Numbered from the whole stretch's first letter, positions 1 through 13,150 are shown. The stretch: DNA of 63,892 bases, filler included, from Thermodesulfobacteriota bacterium (GCA_036381125.1; 6 parts of 6 records of this genome joined end to end with filler, not necessarily neighbours in it); one strand, 5' to 3'. Numbers and translations are program-made. Notes: generated by a model not told the origin, from the sequence alone.

Positions 1-2196
<2,196 letters not shown>

Positions 2197-2310
2197 CGTT
2201 GACCGCGAGGCACGAGCCGAGGCGGCTAACTGCGCGGCGCCGGCCGGTGCGCGACGGCTCGGCAGACGTCCGGCAACGCGCGAACGATCGAACAGGGAGC
2301 ACGTCCATCC

Positions 2311-2640
2311 ATGGCCGTTGAACTCAGGATCCCCGCAGTCGGCGAGTCGATCACCGAAGTGCAGATCGGCGAGTGGCTCAAGCAGCCGGGCGAGCGCGTC
2401 GAGCGCGACGCCGGCGTCGTCGTGATCGAGACCGACAAGGCGACGGTCGAGCTGCCCGCGCCGGTGTCGGGCACCGTGACGACGCTGCTCAAGAAGCCGG
2501 GAGACACGGCAACCGTCGGCGAGGTGATCGGGTACATGGAGGAGGGGGAGGTCGCGGCCGCGCCGGCCCCGGCCGCCGCGCCGGCCCCGGCCGCCGTACC
2601 GGCCGCGGCGCCTGCGCCGGCCGCGGCGCCCGCGGCGGCC
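2311..2640 (+). CDS. sucB: Dihydrolipoyllysine succinyltransferase E2, lipoyl domain and Ala/Pro linker only (3'-truncated)
   Basis: GESITE...IETDKA lipoyl motif followed by APAAAP linker; directly after sucA. Confidence 0.93.
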
Positions 2641-2740
2641 NNNNNNNNNNNNNNNNNNNNNNNNNNNNNNNNNNNNNNNNNNNNTTAATTAATTAANNNN
2701 NNNNNNNNNNNNNNNNNNNNNNNNNNNNNNNNNNNNNNNN
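2641..2740. other. Artificial contig linker
   Basis: N44-TTAATTAATTAA-N44; stops in all six frames. Confidence 0.99.
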
Positions 2741-2741
2741 C

Positions 2742-3518
2742 GCGACGGCGCAGCAGGAGATCCAGAGCGGGGAGGGTGAGCTGGCGGCGACCCGAGAGGC
2801 GCTCGCGGGGACGACACGGGAGCGCGACCGGCTTGCCGCCGAGGCAGCCGATCTGGCCGCCCGGCTCGCGACCGCGAGCCGCGAGCGGGACGCCGCCCGG
2901 GAGGCCCTCGCCCGCGCCGAGACCGAGGCCGCGTCGATGCAACGGGCCCTCTCGGGCGCGCAGGACGAGCTGGCGAGCGCCCGGCAGTCGCTCGGCATGA
3001 CCAGGGAGGAGATCGCCGAGCGGGAGCGGAAGCTGAAGGAGGCGATCGCCGCGTACGACAGGCTCGTGAACGACCTGAAGCAGGAGATCAGCGAGGGCGA
3101 GGTGCAGATCAGCCGGTTGCGGGACCGGCTGACGGTCACGGTCCTCGACAGGATCCTGTTCGACTCCGGATCGGCGCGAATCAAGCCGGGCGGCGAGGCC
3201 GTGCTGCGGAAGGTGGCCGACACGGTCCGCACCCTGACCGATCAGGAGGTGCACATCGAGGGGCACACCGACAACGTGCCGATCAAGGCGACCTACCGGC
3301 ACGTCTTCCCGACGAACTGGGAGTTGTCGACCGCACGGGCAACCGGCGTCGCGCGGTTCCTGCAGGAGCAGACGGCGGTCGATCCGACGCGGCTTGCCGC
3401 GGTCGGCTACGGCGAGTACCGGCCGGTGCAGCCGAACGAGTCGGAGGAGGGGCGGGCCCAGAACCGCCGGATCGAGATCGTCCTCGTGCCGCGGGACGCC
3501 GAGACCGCGCTTCGCTAG
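2742..3518 (+). CDS. OmpA/MotB-family peptidoglycan-binding protein with coiled-coil N-region (5'-truncated)
   Basis: ILFDSGSA, EGHTDN, NWELSTARA, NRRIEI motifs; frame open back to the contig edge. Confidence 0.9.
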   Translation, partial: ATAQQEIQSGEGELAATREALAGTTRERDRLAAEAADLAARLATASRERDAAREALARAETEAASMQRALSGAQDELASARQSLGMTREEIAERERKLKEAIAAYDRLVNDLKQEISEGEVQISRLRDRLTVTVLDRILFDSGSARIKPGGEAVLRKVADTVRTLTDQEVHIEGHTDNVPIKATYRHVFPTNWELSTARATGVARFLQEQTAVDPTRLAAVGYGEYRPVQPNESEEGRAQNRRIEIVLVPRDAETALR

Positions 3519-3583
3519 GGCGGGCGCGGATCGCGCTCCGTTCGGCGGTCCGCTCGCGCGATCGTGAGGCAACCCGCGTGCGT

Positions 3584-3599
3584 CGGCCCCGAGATTGCT
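3584..3599 (+). promoter_or_regulatory. Candidate sigma-54 (-24/-12) promoter
   Basis: CGGCCCCGAGATTGCT: GG-N10-GC spacing with TTGCT, upstream of the lipoprotein gene. Confidence 0.4.
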
Positions 3600-3710
3600 T
3601 GCCCCGAGTTTGCTCGATGGGTGAGTGGAGCATCAGTCGGCTCGGCATCGGGTGAGCCGCTCCTGCCGATCCGGATCGCACGCTCCGGGCCTCCATCGGA
3701 ACGTACCCAC

Positions 3711-3739
3711 GGAGGATGCACGCGCGGAGGATGCACGCG
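3711..3739 (+). repeat. 14-bp tandem duplication containing the ribosome-binding site
   Basis: GGAGGATGCACGCG at 3711-3724 and 3726-3739. Confidence 0.85.
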
Positions 3740-4228
3740 ATGCGGATCGTGTACGCGAGGACCCTTGCCCTGGTGACGTCGCTCGCCCTCCTGACCGCGG
3801 CCTGCGAGACGCCGGGCCCGGAGTCGAAGGTAGGGCCCAAGACCGTGGTCGGCGGCCTGGGCGGCGCTGCCGCCGGCGGCCTGGTCGGGGCCGCGCTGGG
3901 CGGCAGGGCTACGGGCATCGCCGCCGGCACGCTGATCGGTGGGCTGCTGGGCGGCGCGCTGGGCAACCGCCTCGACGATGCCGACCGGCGGTACGCGGCG
4001 GAGACGGCCCAGCGTGCGCTGGAGACCGCGCCGTCGGGCACCCCGGTGGCCTGGCGCAACCCGGACAGCGGGCGCTCCGGCACGGTCACGCCGACCCGCA
4101 CCTACCAGACGGCGGACGGCCGCTACTGTCGGGAGTTCCAGCAGGAGGTGACCATCGGCGGCGAGCAGCACCAGGCCTTCGGCACCGCCTGCCGCCGGCC
4201 CGACGGCAGCTGGCAGGTCCAGGGCTGA
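3740..4228 (+). CDS. Glycine-zipper lipoprotein (17-kDa surface antigen, RT0821/Lpp0805-like)
   Basis: Lipobox LTAAC, glycine zipper, WRNPDSG and CREFQQ...GTACRRPDGSW; alternative ATGs at 3716 and 3731. Confidence 0.88.
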   Translation: MRIVYARTLALVTSLALLTAACETPGPESKVGPKTVVGGLGGAAAGGLVGAALGGRATGIAAGTLIGGLLGGALGNRLDDADRRYAAETAQRALETAPSGTPVAWRNPDSGRSGTVTPTRTYQTADGRYCREFQQEVTIGGEQHQAFGTACRRPDGSWQVQG

Positions 4229-4236
4229 GACGCGCC

Positions 4237-4623
4237 ATGCGCCGGGACTCCTTGCTGGCCCTGAGCATGGTCCTCGTCCTCGCCGCGGCGACGACCTCGT
4301 CGACCGCGGGAGAGCGTCCCGCCTCGTCCGACATGCGCTCCGCCTACGGAGCGACCGACAGGAACGGCGACAACCGGGTCGACCGGGAGGAGTTCCACCA
4401 GCGGATGGTGGAGGTCTTCTTCTTCGAGGACGCGGACAAGGACGGCTCCCTGACCGACGGCGAACTCGCCGACGTCGAAGCGCGTGCGTTTCGGATGGCC
4501 GATCGCGACGGGAACGGCACGCTCTCGATGTACGAGTTCCTCGACGCCCGCTTCGAGGACTTCGAGGGGGCCGACCGCGACGGGGACGGCACGCTGACCA
4601 TCCAGGAGGTCGAGGGCTACTAG
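4237..4623 (+). CDS. Exported EF-hand calcium-binding protein
   Basis: Signal peptide then four loops: DRNGDNRVDREE, DADKDGSLTDGE, DRDGNGTLSMYE, DRDGDGTLTIQE. Confidence 0.88.
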   Translation: MRRDSLLALSMVLVLAAATTSSTAGERPASSDMRSAYGATDRNGDNRVDREEFHQRMVEVFFFEDADKDGSLTDGELADVEARAFRMADRDGNGTLSMYEFLDARFEDFEGADRDGDGTLTIQEVEGY

Positions 4624-5957
4624 TGCCTGACGGCAACCGGGTCGGCGTGCGGCCTGCGTCCGCGGCCCGGAGGACGACCCGCGGGGCGTGCCTGATCGCC
4701 GTCCTGCTCGCGAGCCTGGTGGCCCTCGGCTGCGCTCGGCGGCCGGCGCCCCCGCGGCACGCCGGCGCGACGGAGCTGGCCGCCTGGGTGGAGCTCGGTC
4801 CGAGCGGCGTCGCGCTCGCACGGGTGATCACGGCGCGGGCGGCCTGCCCGGCGGTCGCGCTCGAGTCCGGGTCGCTGCCGATGCGCGTGCGGGCGGGTCC
4901 GTCCGAGCCCGCCTTCCCGGTCCTGGTCTGTGAGGCGCCGATCCCGCCGGGGACCAGATCGGCGTCAGTGGGCGGCCAACGCCTCCCGTTGCCGAAGGCC
5001 GACCCGCAACGGATCGTCGTGCTCGGCGACACGGGCTGCCGCTTGAAGGTCGGCCACGAGATACAGGCCTGCAACGACCCGCGGGCCTGGCCGTTCGCGC
5101 AGGTGGCGAGGGGCGCGGCGGCCTGGCGACCGGACCTGGTCATCGACACGGGCGACTACCTCTATCGCGAGCTGGCCTGCCCCTCGGGGAACGCGGGCTG
5201 CGCCGGCAGCCCGTGGGGAGACACCTGGGCCGCCTGGGACGCCGACTTCTTCACGCCCGCGGCCCCGCTGTTGCGGGCGGCGCCGTGGGTCGTCGCCCGC
5301 GGCGACCACGAGCTCTGCAGCCGCGCCGGAGAGGGCTGGTTCCGCTTCCTCGACCCTCGCGCCGCGCCGACCAGGTGCCAGGACTACACCGAGCCCTATG
5401 CCGTACCGATCGGCACGCTGACCGTCCTCGTCATGGACACGGCCGACGCGGACGACGAGGATCCGGCGGCGGCGAAGGTCGCCGCCTATGCGGAGCAGTT
5501 CGCGGCCCTGCGCGAGATGGCCCGGGGGAGCGCGTGGCTGGTCATGCACAAGCCGCTCTGGGGCCTCCGCCCCGCTCCGGCCGAGGGCGGGCGGCAGACG
5601 CTCACCCCGCTCAATCCCACGTTGATCGCGGCGTCCCGCGGCGGACTCCCGCGCGGCGTCACGCAGGTCGTCTCCGGCCACGTCCATCTCTTCGAGACGC
5701 TCGGCTTCGCCGACGGCCGCCCGCCGCAGTTCGTGGTCGGCACCGGCGGCACCGAGCTGGACCCCGACGTGAGCGCGCCGCTGTCGGGCCAGGCCCTGGC
5801 GGGGACAACCGTCACCAGCGGCCGAGCGATTGCGCGCTTCGGGTTCACGACCATGGAGCCTGCGAGCGCCGGCTGGGTGGTGACGTGGCGCGACGTCGAC
5901 GGCACGGCGCAGACGACCTGCACGGTTCGGGGCGCACGCGTGAGCTGTATCCCCTGA
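4623..5957 (+). CDS. Calcineurin-like metallophosphoesterase, probable lipoprotein
   Basis: GDTG, GDYLY, RGDHE, MHKP, GHVH motifs; lipobox ALGC. Confidence 0.85.
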   Translation: MPDGNRVGVRPASAARRTTRGACLIAVLLASLVALGCARRPAPPRHAGATELAAWVELGPSGVALARVITARAACPAVALESGSLPMRVRAGPSEPAFPVLVCEAPIPPGTRSASVGGQRLPLPKADPQRIVVLGDTGCRLKVGHEIQACNDPRAWPFAQVARGAAAWRPDLVIDTGDYLYRELACPSGNAGCAGSPWGDTWAAWDADFFTPAAPLLRAAPWVVARGDHELCSRAGEGWFRFLDPRAAPTRCQDYTEPYAVPIGTLTVLVMDTADADDEDPAAAKVAAYAEQFAALREMARGSAWLVMHKPLWGLRPAPAEGGRQTLTPLNPTLIAASRGGLPRGVTQVVSGHVHLFETLGFADGRPPQFVVGTGGTELDPDVSAPLSGQALAGTTVTSGRAIARFGFTTMEPASAGWVVTWRDVDGTAQTTCTVRGARVSCIP

Positions 5958-6072
5958 GTCACCGACCGCTCTCTGCTCCCGGGGCAAGGTTTCCAGCGCG
6001 TCGGCCCCGGAATCGCACCGTGCGGTGCGACGCGGCGCGGCGCGCGTCTGGCGGCCGTCCTGCGGAGGGCGA

Positions 6073-7347
6073 GTGATCCCGTTGAGCAGGTGCACGAGGC
6101 CACGGGCCGGGGCCGACCGGGGCGCCAGCCGGCGTCGTTTCCTGGGACTGTCCGCCGCGGCACTCACCGGACTCCTCGTCTCGGCCGGGACGGGCCGCGG
6201 GGACGCGGGGGGCGCGATGCGTCAGGGGAGGCGGTTCTTTCAGGACCCGAGCTTCGAGTACGCGTTCCTGATCGCCCTCGGCCGCGCGTACTACACGTCG
6301 GCGACCATCGGCAAGGTCCTCTCCCTCGCCGGCGAGATCGAGGACGGCGACTTCGAGAGCGCGTATCGGGCCTTCGAGAGGGCCGGCGACGAGGCGCGTG
6401 CGCTCGCCGAGGGGTCGGAGCGACGCGGCCACCGGGTCAGCGCCCGCGAGGCCTGCATGTGGGCCGCCGGCTACTACCACAGCTCGACCGGTTTCCTGGA
6501 CGGGACGGATGACCCGTCTCGTTTCCTGCCCACGTGGGAGGCGTCGAGGGCCTGCTGGGATCGGGCCGTCACGCTCTTCGATCCCCCGGGAGAGCGGGTC
6601 CGCATCCCTTACGAGGGTACCGCCCTGCAGGGCTACGTCTTCCGCGCGAGCGACGCGGCCGGGCGGCGGCCGCTCCTGATCGTCAACAACGGAAGCGACG
6701 GCCCCGGGCAGGGGTACGCGCTCTGGAAACAGGGCCTCTCCTTCCGGCCGGACTGGGAGAAGGTCATCGCCCCGGTGGTGGACTACGCGCTCGGCCGCCC
6801 GGATGTGGACCCGAAGCGCATCGCCCTCGCCGGCATCAGCCAGGGCGGGTACTGGGTGCCCCGAGCCGTGGCGTTCGAGCGACGGATCGCGGCCGCGGTG
6901 GCCGATCCGGGCGTCGTCGACGTCTCGACGGCGTGGGGCGGCCACCTGCCGCCGCCGATGAAGGCCCTCCTGGAGGCAGGCCGGAAGGCGGAGTTCGACC
7001 GGTTCATTGCCACGAGCGGAAGCCGCGCCGAGCTGGCGACGCTCCGCTTCAGGATGAGACCGTACGGCGTGTCGTCGCCGTACGATGCGTTCAAGGCCGC
7101 GGAAGCCTACAACCTCCGGGGCGTGGCGGAGCGGATCGAGTGCCCCGTCCTCGTCACCGACCCCGAGGGGGAGCAGTTCTGGCCGGGGCAGTCGCAGGCG
7201 CTCTACGACCTGGTCCGAGACCCGAAGGCGCTGGTCCGGTTCACGGCCGAGGAGGGCGCCGGCCTCCACTGCGAGCCGACGGCGCTCGGCCTCCGGGACA
7301 TGCGGATCTTCGACTGGCTGGACGAGACGCTGGGGGTGGGCGCCTGA
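6073..7347 (+). CDS. Alpha/beta hydrolase with Tat-like signal; probable internal in-frame deletion
   Basis: GISQGG nucleophile elbow, C-terminal HCE, SRRRFL twin-arginine motif; start codon uncertain. Confidence 0.8.
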   Translation: MIPLSRCTRPRAGADRGASRRRFLGLSAAALTGLLVSAGTGRGDAGGAMRQGRRFFQDPSFEYAFLIALGRAYYTSATIGKVLSLAGEIEDGDFESAYRAFERAGDEARALAEGSERRGHRVSAREACMWAAGYYHSSTGFLDGTDDPSRFLPTWEASRACWDRAVTLFDPPGERVRIPYEGTALQGYVFRASDAAGRRPLLIVNNGSDGPGQGYALWKQGLSFRPDWEKVIAPVVDYALGRPDVDPKRIALAGISQGGYWVPRAVAFERRIAAAVADPGVVDVSTAWGGHLPPPMKALLEAGRKAEFDRFIATSGSRAELATLRFRMRPYGVSSPYDAFKAAEAYNLRGVAERIECPVLVTDPEGEQFWPGQSQALYDLVRDPKALVRFTAEEGAGLHCEPTALGLRDMRIFDWLDETLGVGA

Positions 7348-7400
7348 CGGCCCGCGCGAGGGCCGATCCCGGCGGGGCGAGGCGCCAACGTTTGGCGTCT

Positions 7401-7423
7401 GGAAAATGGAAAGACCTGACCCC
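7401..7423 (+). repeat. Solo copy of the AAAGACCTGACCCC REP-like repeat
   Basis: GGAAAATGGAAAGACCTGACCCC matches 21/23 nt of the element ends at 46913-46935 and 46992-47014. Confidence 0.8.
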
Positions 7424-7425
7424 CT

Positions 7426-8358
7426 CTAGGCTCTGAGCGGATGGAGCGGCTCCCCGGCGACGACGCGGTTGCGCAGCCTGCCGAGCCGCTCCACCTCGAG
7501 CTCCACGAGGTCCCCCGGGCGGAGCCAGGGGTACGCCGCCTCCCCGTGGACCAGCGACAGCTCGAGGATGCAGCCGCCGCCGCAGGTGCCCGAGCCGATC
7601 ACGTCGCCCGGGACGACCTCGGTGCCGCGCGACGCGTAGGCGAGCATCTCCTCGAAGCCCCAGTAGAGGTCGGCGAGGCTCGTGCGGCCGTACTCGCGGC
7701 CGTTCACGCGGGCGACCATGGCGAGGTCGAAGGCGCGGGCCCGGCGCGCGGAGGCGATCTCGTCGGGGGTCACGAGGAAGGGCCCGAGCGACGTCGCGAA
7801 GTCCTTCCCCTTCGCGGGCCCGAGGCCGAGCCTCATCTCGCGCGCCTGCAGGTCGCGCGCGCTCCAGTCGTTCATCACCGTGAAGCCGGCGATGTGGGCG
7901 CCCGCCTCGGACGGCCGGAGGTTGCGGCCGCCGGGGCCGACGACGCAGGCGACCTCGAGCTCGAAGTCGAGCCTGGTGCAACCCGGCGGCACCGCCACGT
8001 CGTCGCCGTCCCCGACGAGGGCGGCGGGGTTCGTGAAGTAGAAGACCGGGATCTCGTACCAGTCGGGGTCCATGTCGAGCCCGCGCCGCTGGCGGGCCGT
8101 GCGGACGTGCCGCTCGAAGGCGTAGAAGTCCCGGACCGAGGGGGGCCGGGGCACGGGGGGCCGCAGCCGGACCGACGCGAGGTCGAAGACCTCGACCGGG
8201 CTTACGCGGGCCTGCTCGCCGAAGCGCGCGAGCCGGTCGGGGTCGGCGACGAGGTCGACGAGCCTCGCGCCGGGCGCGAGCGCGTGCAGACGGTTCTCGA
8301 CGACGAGCCCCACCCGGTCCTGGGTCGAGCCCGGGGCGCGGAAGGTGGCCCAGCGCAT
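7426..8358 (-). CDS. fahA: Fumarylacetoacetate hydrolase family protein
   Basis: RDFYAFERH, LDFELE, NDWSARDLQ, KGKDFAT, GDVIGSGT; start overlaps the hmgA stop (ATGA). Confidence 0.88.
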   Translation of the reverse strand: MRWATFRAPGSTQDRVGLVVENRLHALAPGARLVDLVADPDRLARFGEQARVSPVEVFDLASVRLRPPVPRPPSVRDFYAFERHVRTARQRRGLDMDPDWYEIPVFYFTNPAALVGDGDDVAVPPGCTRLDFELEVACVVGPGGRNLRPSEAGAHIAGFTVMNDWSARDLQAREMRLGLGPAKGKDFATSLGPFLVTPDEIASARRARAFDLAMVARVNGREYGRTSLADLYWGFEEMLAYASRGTEVVPGDVIGSGTCGGGCILELSLVHGEAAYPWLRPGDLVELEVERLGRLRNRVVAGEPLHPLRA

Positions 8359-9470
8359 CAGCGCGGCATCCAGGAGCGGTCGTAGCCCTCCACGTTCAGG
8401 GCGAGTCCCGCCTCGGTGACGCGCAACGGGCGCCTGGCGTCGATGTTGACGGCCACCTCGTCGGTGCGGCCGCCGGGGCCCCGCTCGCGGCTGCGCTCGA
8501 CGGCCTGCGGCTGCGGCCCGTGGAAGATGCCGTGCGGATGGAACGTGAGCATCCCCTCGCCGATCCCGGCCCGGCTGAAGAACTGCCCGCGGTGGTAGAA
8601 GATCACCTCGTCGTAGTCGATGTTGCGGTGATAGAAGGGGACCCTGAGGACGTCCGGGTCCTCCTCGAGCGGCCGCGGCGCGAAGGTGGCGACGACGACG
8701 TTCGCGCCGACGAAGGTGGTGTGGGCCGACGGCGGCAGGTGGTACCGGGCGCTCGACACCGGCCGGATGTCCTCCACGTGGAGCCGCATCGGCGCGAGGT
8801 CCCCCTTCCAGCCGACCACCGTGAACGGGTGGAACGGGTAGACCACGGTCGTGACCTGCCCCTCTCGCAGGACCCGCACCGGGAACTCGCCCGCCTCGTC
8901 GCGCGGCTCGGGCTCGGGCACCTCGATCACCGCCGGGTCGAAGAGGGCGTGCCGGCCGAGGAGGCCGCGGTCGGGCAGCGCGAGGCTGCCGCCGGTCGCC
9001 TGGACCGTCAGGAGCGCCGTCGGGCCGGAGGCGGCGACGCGATGGATCGTGCCGCGAGGGACGAGCAGGTAGTCCCCGGGGCGATAGGCGAGTGGGCCGT
9101 ACTCCGTCTCGAGCCGCCCCTCGCCCCGATGCACGAAGTAGAGGAGATCGCCGTCGGCGTCGCAGAAGAACCACTCCGGCGTCCCGGCGGGCCGGGGCCA
9201 CCAGCCGATTGCCGTGTCGGCGTTCTCGAGGAGGACGGCCGGAAGCTCCCCCTGCCCGCGGAACCGGTTGGTGTCGAGGGCGCGCGGCCTCAACGGGCCG
9301 TCGATCCGGATCCAGCCGGTCGGCGGCCGGGTCCGGTAGAGGTGGCTCGCGGCGCCGAAGAAGCCCTCCCGCCCGTGCTCCTCCTCGACCGTGCCGGGCG
9401 GCAGGTCGACGTGCGCCTGCCGCGAGGCGCGGCCCTTCACCCACTGCGGCGGGACCCGCTCGCGCGTCAC
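8358..9470 (-). CDS. hmgA: Homogentisate 1,2-dioxygenase
   Basis: EEEHGREGFFG, GWKGDL, HLPPSAH, VPFYHRNIDYDE, HPHGIFHGPQ. Confidence 0.93.
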   Translation of the reverse strand: MTRERVPPQWVKGRASRQAHVDLPPGTVEEEHGREGFFGAASHLYRTRPPTGWIRIDGPLRPRALDTNRFRGQGELPAVLLENADTAIGWWPRPAGTPEWFFCDADGDLLYFVHRGEGRLETEYGPLAYRPGDYLLVPRGTIHRVAASGPTALLTVQATGGSLALPDRGLLGRHALFDPAVIEVPEPEPRDEAGEFPVRVLREGQVTTVVYPFHPFTVVGWKGDLAPMRLHVEDIRPVSSARYHLPPSAHTTFVGANVVVATFAPRPLEEDPDVLRVPFYHRNIDYDEVIFYHRGQFFSRAGIGEGMLTFHPHGIFHGPQPQAVERSRERGPGGRTDEVAVNIDARRPLRVTEAGLALNVEGYDRSWMPR

Positions 9471-9927
9471 GACCGCAGCCCGTCGAGCTGGGCGGCGTGC
9501 TCCTCGAGGTGCCCCACGATGAAGCGATCGAGGAAGGCCGCGAGCGACATGACGCCGTACCGGGGATGCCGGGTCTCTCTGGCGAGGTCGGCCGGGGCGA
9601 GGCCGGCGATGAAGCGGCGCGCCTCGCCGATGGCCGTGCGCGCCTCGTCGAAGAGCACCGGCACCGCCACCTGCATCCCCCGCGCGACGCCCGCGAGCCG
9701 CGCCGGGTCGTCGGTCCTTCGGCCGGTCTCCACCCGCTCGCCGGGCGGCGCCTCGACGATCCGGCGCGCCTGGGCGAGCCAGTACGGGACGATCTCGCTG
9801 ATGTGGCCCCACACCTGCCCCGCCGTCCAGCGCTCCCCCGTGGTGGGGTCGGGATCGGTCAGCGAGGTCGGCACCGGCGCCGCCGCGTGCGCGGCGAGTC
9901 GGGCGAGGACCGCGTCGAGTCTGGCGA

Positions 9928-9931
<4 letters not shown>
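9467..9931 (-). CDS. DinB-superfamily protein
   Basis: WTAGQVWGH, HPRYG and HLEEH give the His metal triad of the DinB fold; 4-nt overlaps with both neighbours. Confidence 0.75.
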
Positions 9932-11001
<1,070 letters not shown>

Positions 11002-11172
11002 GGGCACCTTCCCGGTCGCCAGACTGCACAAGCGGTCGGTCGGGCGGGCTCGAAAGGCGACCTCACCGTCCGCCCTAATTGTAATCGGGATCGGGTCGCC
11101 GAGCCGCGGACCCGATCGCCCGTGGAGGGCGGCGGCCGGTGCGCGCGGCGCCTCGGCACGGCGAGGCGCCGT

Positions 11173-11181
11173 TGCTATGAT
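11173..11181 (+). promoter_or_regulatory. Extended -10 element upstream of xerC
   Basis: TGcTATGAT, followed by GGAGG and the ATG at 11218. Confidence 0.55.
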
Positions 11182-11217
11182 GACCTCCCTTATCAGACAC
11201 GGAGGCCCCGGCGCGGC

Positions 11218-12210
11218 ATGGACGCCCTCATCGAGCGGTTCGCGGAGCACCTCAGGCTCGAGCGCCAGGCGTCCCCCCACACCCTCAGGAATTACCTTAG
11301 TGATCTCGCGCAGTTCCGTGACTTCCTCCGGGCGAGGCACGGCCGCGTGCCCGCCCCCGCGACGGTCGGTCTGGCCGACATCCGGGCCTTCCTCGTGGAG
11401 CGCTTCCCGGTGAACCGCAAGGCCTCGCTCGCCCGCAAGCTCGCGGCGCTCAGGACCTGCTTCGCCTTCGCGGTGCGCGAGGGCCTCTGCCGCGAGAACC
11501 CGGCGGACCTCGTGGCGACGCCGAAGGCCGAGAAGCGTCTGCCGGAGGTCCTCTCGCTCGACGAGGTCCGGGCGCTGCTCGACGCGCCGCTCGAAACCGA
11601 CCGGATGGCGCCGCGCGACCGTGCGATGCTCGAGCTGCTCTACGCCACGGGGCTCCGGGCGGCCGAGCTGACGGGGCTCGACCTGGCCGACGTCGACCTC
11701 GACTCGGGCTACGTGCGGGTGATGGGCAAGGGGCGCAAGGAGCGGGTCGTGCCGTTCGGCGAGCGAGCCCGCCGGGCGCTCGAGGCGTACTGGCCGCTCC
11801 GCGACGAGCTGCGAAGGGGTCGCTGCGGCCACGCCTCGCCGGGCGCGGGGGTGCGGGGGTTGTCGGGAGCGGAGGCCGCCGTCCATCGGGAGGCGGCCGG
11901 CGCGAGCGGGGCCCCCGCGGACGAAGGCGAGCCGGTGTTCCTGAACCACCGCGGAGGCCGCCTCACGCCGCGCAGCCTCGCGCGGGCGCTCGACCGCCGC
12001 ATCCAGGGGCTGGCGATCCTCCGCAAGGTTCATCCGCACGTGCTCAGGCACTCGTTCGCCACGCACCTGCTCGATCGCGGGGCCGACCTCCGCTCGATCC
12101 AGGAGCTGCTCGGGCACGCGAGCCTCTCGACGACCCAGCGGTACACGCACGTCACGACCGCGCACCTCGTGCGGGTCTACGACCAGGCGCATCCGAGGGC
12201 CCGGACATGA
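11218..12210 (+). CDS. xerC: Tyrosine recombinase XerC
   Basis: [32 protein letters not shown] catalytic motifs; xerC-hslVU order. Confidence 0.93.
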   Translation: MDALIERFAEHLRLERQASPHTLRNYLSDLAQFRDFLRARHGRVPAPATVGLADIRAFLVERFPVNRKASLARKLAALRTCFAFAVREGLCRENPADLVATPKAEKRLPEVLSLDEVRALLDAPLETDRMAPRDRAMLELLYATGLRAAELTGLDLADVDLDSGYVRVMGKGRKERVVPFGERARRALEAYWPLRDELRRGRCGHASPGAGVRGLSGAEAAVHREAAGASGAPADEGEPVFLNHRGGRLTPRSLARALDRRIQGLAILRKVHPHVLRHSFATHLLDRGADLRSIQELLGHASLSTTQRYTHVTTAHLVRVYDQAHPRART

Positions 12211-12740
12211 CGCCGATCCATGCGACGACGATCGTGGCCGTCCGGCGCGACGGCAAGGTGGCGATCGCGGGCGACGGGCAGGTCACCGTGGGCAACACCG
12301 TCATGAAGCACACCGCGAAGAAGGTCCGGCGGATGCACCACGACTCGGTCCTCGCCGGGTTCGCGGGGTCGGCGGCCGACGCGTTCACGCTCTTCGAGAA
12401 GTTCGAGGCGAAGCTCGATCAGTACCGCGGACAGCTCACCCGGGCCGCCGTCGAGCTGGCGAAGGACTGGCGGACGGATCGGGTCCTCCGGCGACTCGAG
12501 GCGCTGCTCGTCGTGGCCGACCAGAAGACGCTCCTCGTGCTCTCCGGCAGCGGGGAGATCATCGAGCCCGACGACGGCCTGGCGGCGGTCGGCTCGGGCG
12601 GGCCGTACGCCCTGGCCGCCGCACGCGCGCTCGTCACCCACACGAGCCTGCCCGCGCGGCAGGTCGCGGAGCAGGCGCTCCGCATCGCGGCGTCGATCTG
12701 CATCTACACCAACGAGCAGATCCTCGTCGAGGAGCTGTAG
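12207..12740 (+). CDS. hslV: HslV protease subunit
   Basis: [27 protein letters not shown]. Confidence 0.97.
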   Translation: MTPIHATTIVAVRRDGKVAIAGDGQVTVGNTVMKHTAKKVRRMHHDSVLAGFAGSAADAFTLFEKFEAKLDQYRGQLTRAAVELAKDWRTDRVLRRLEALLVVADQKTLLVLSGSGEIIEPDDGLAAVGSGGPYALAAARALVTHTSLPARQVAEQALRIAASICIYTNEQILVEEL

Positions 12741-12742
12741 GC

Positions 12743-13150
12743 ATGGATCAGCACCCCGAGTCCGCCCTGACCCCCAGGCAGATCGTCGCCGAGCTCGACC
12801 GGTACATCGTCGGGCAGCACGACGCCAAGCGCGCCGTGGCGATCGCCCTGCGAAACCGGTGGCGGCGCCGGCAGGTGCCGGCCCACCTTCGCGAGGAGAT
12901 CGCGCCGAAGAACATCATCATGATCGGCCCGACCGGGGTGGGGAAGACCGAGATCGCGCGGCGGCTGGCCCGGCTCGCCCAGGCCCCGTTCCTCAAGGTC
13001 GAGGCGTCCAAGTTCACCGAGGTCGGCTACGTCGGCCGCGACGTCGAGTCGATGGTGCGGGACCTGGTCGAGCTCAGCGTCAGTCAGATCCACCAGGAGT
13101 CGCTGCATACCGTTCAGGAAGAGGCCGAAGCGGCGGCGAACCGGCGGCTG
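12743..13150 (+). CDS. hslU: HslU ATPase subunit (3'-truncated)
   Basis: [30 protein letters not shown]. Confidence 0.97.

Noticed and set aside
2551-2640. GC-rich tandem repeats at the end of contig 1
   Set aside because: They encode the normal Ala/Pro linker of SucB.
2641-2740. TTAATTAATTAA palindromes within N runs (five occurrences)
   Set aside because: Identical artificial joining linkers; adjacency across them has no biological meaning.
11218-12210. Tyrosine recombinase as a phage or island integrase
   Set aside because: XerC-type sequence coupled to hslVU; no att site or phage genes nearby.
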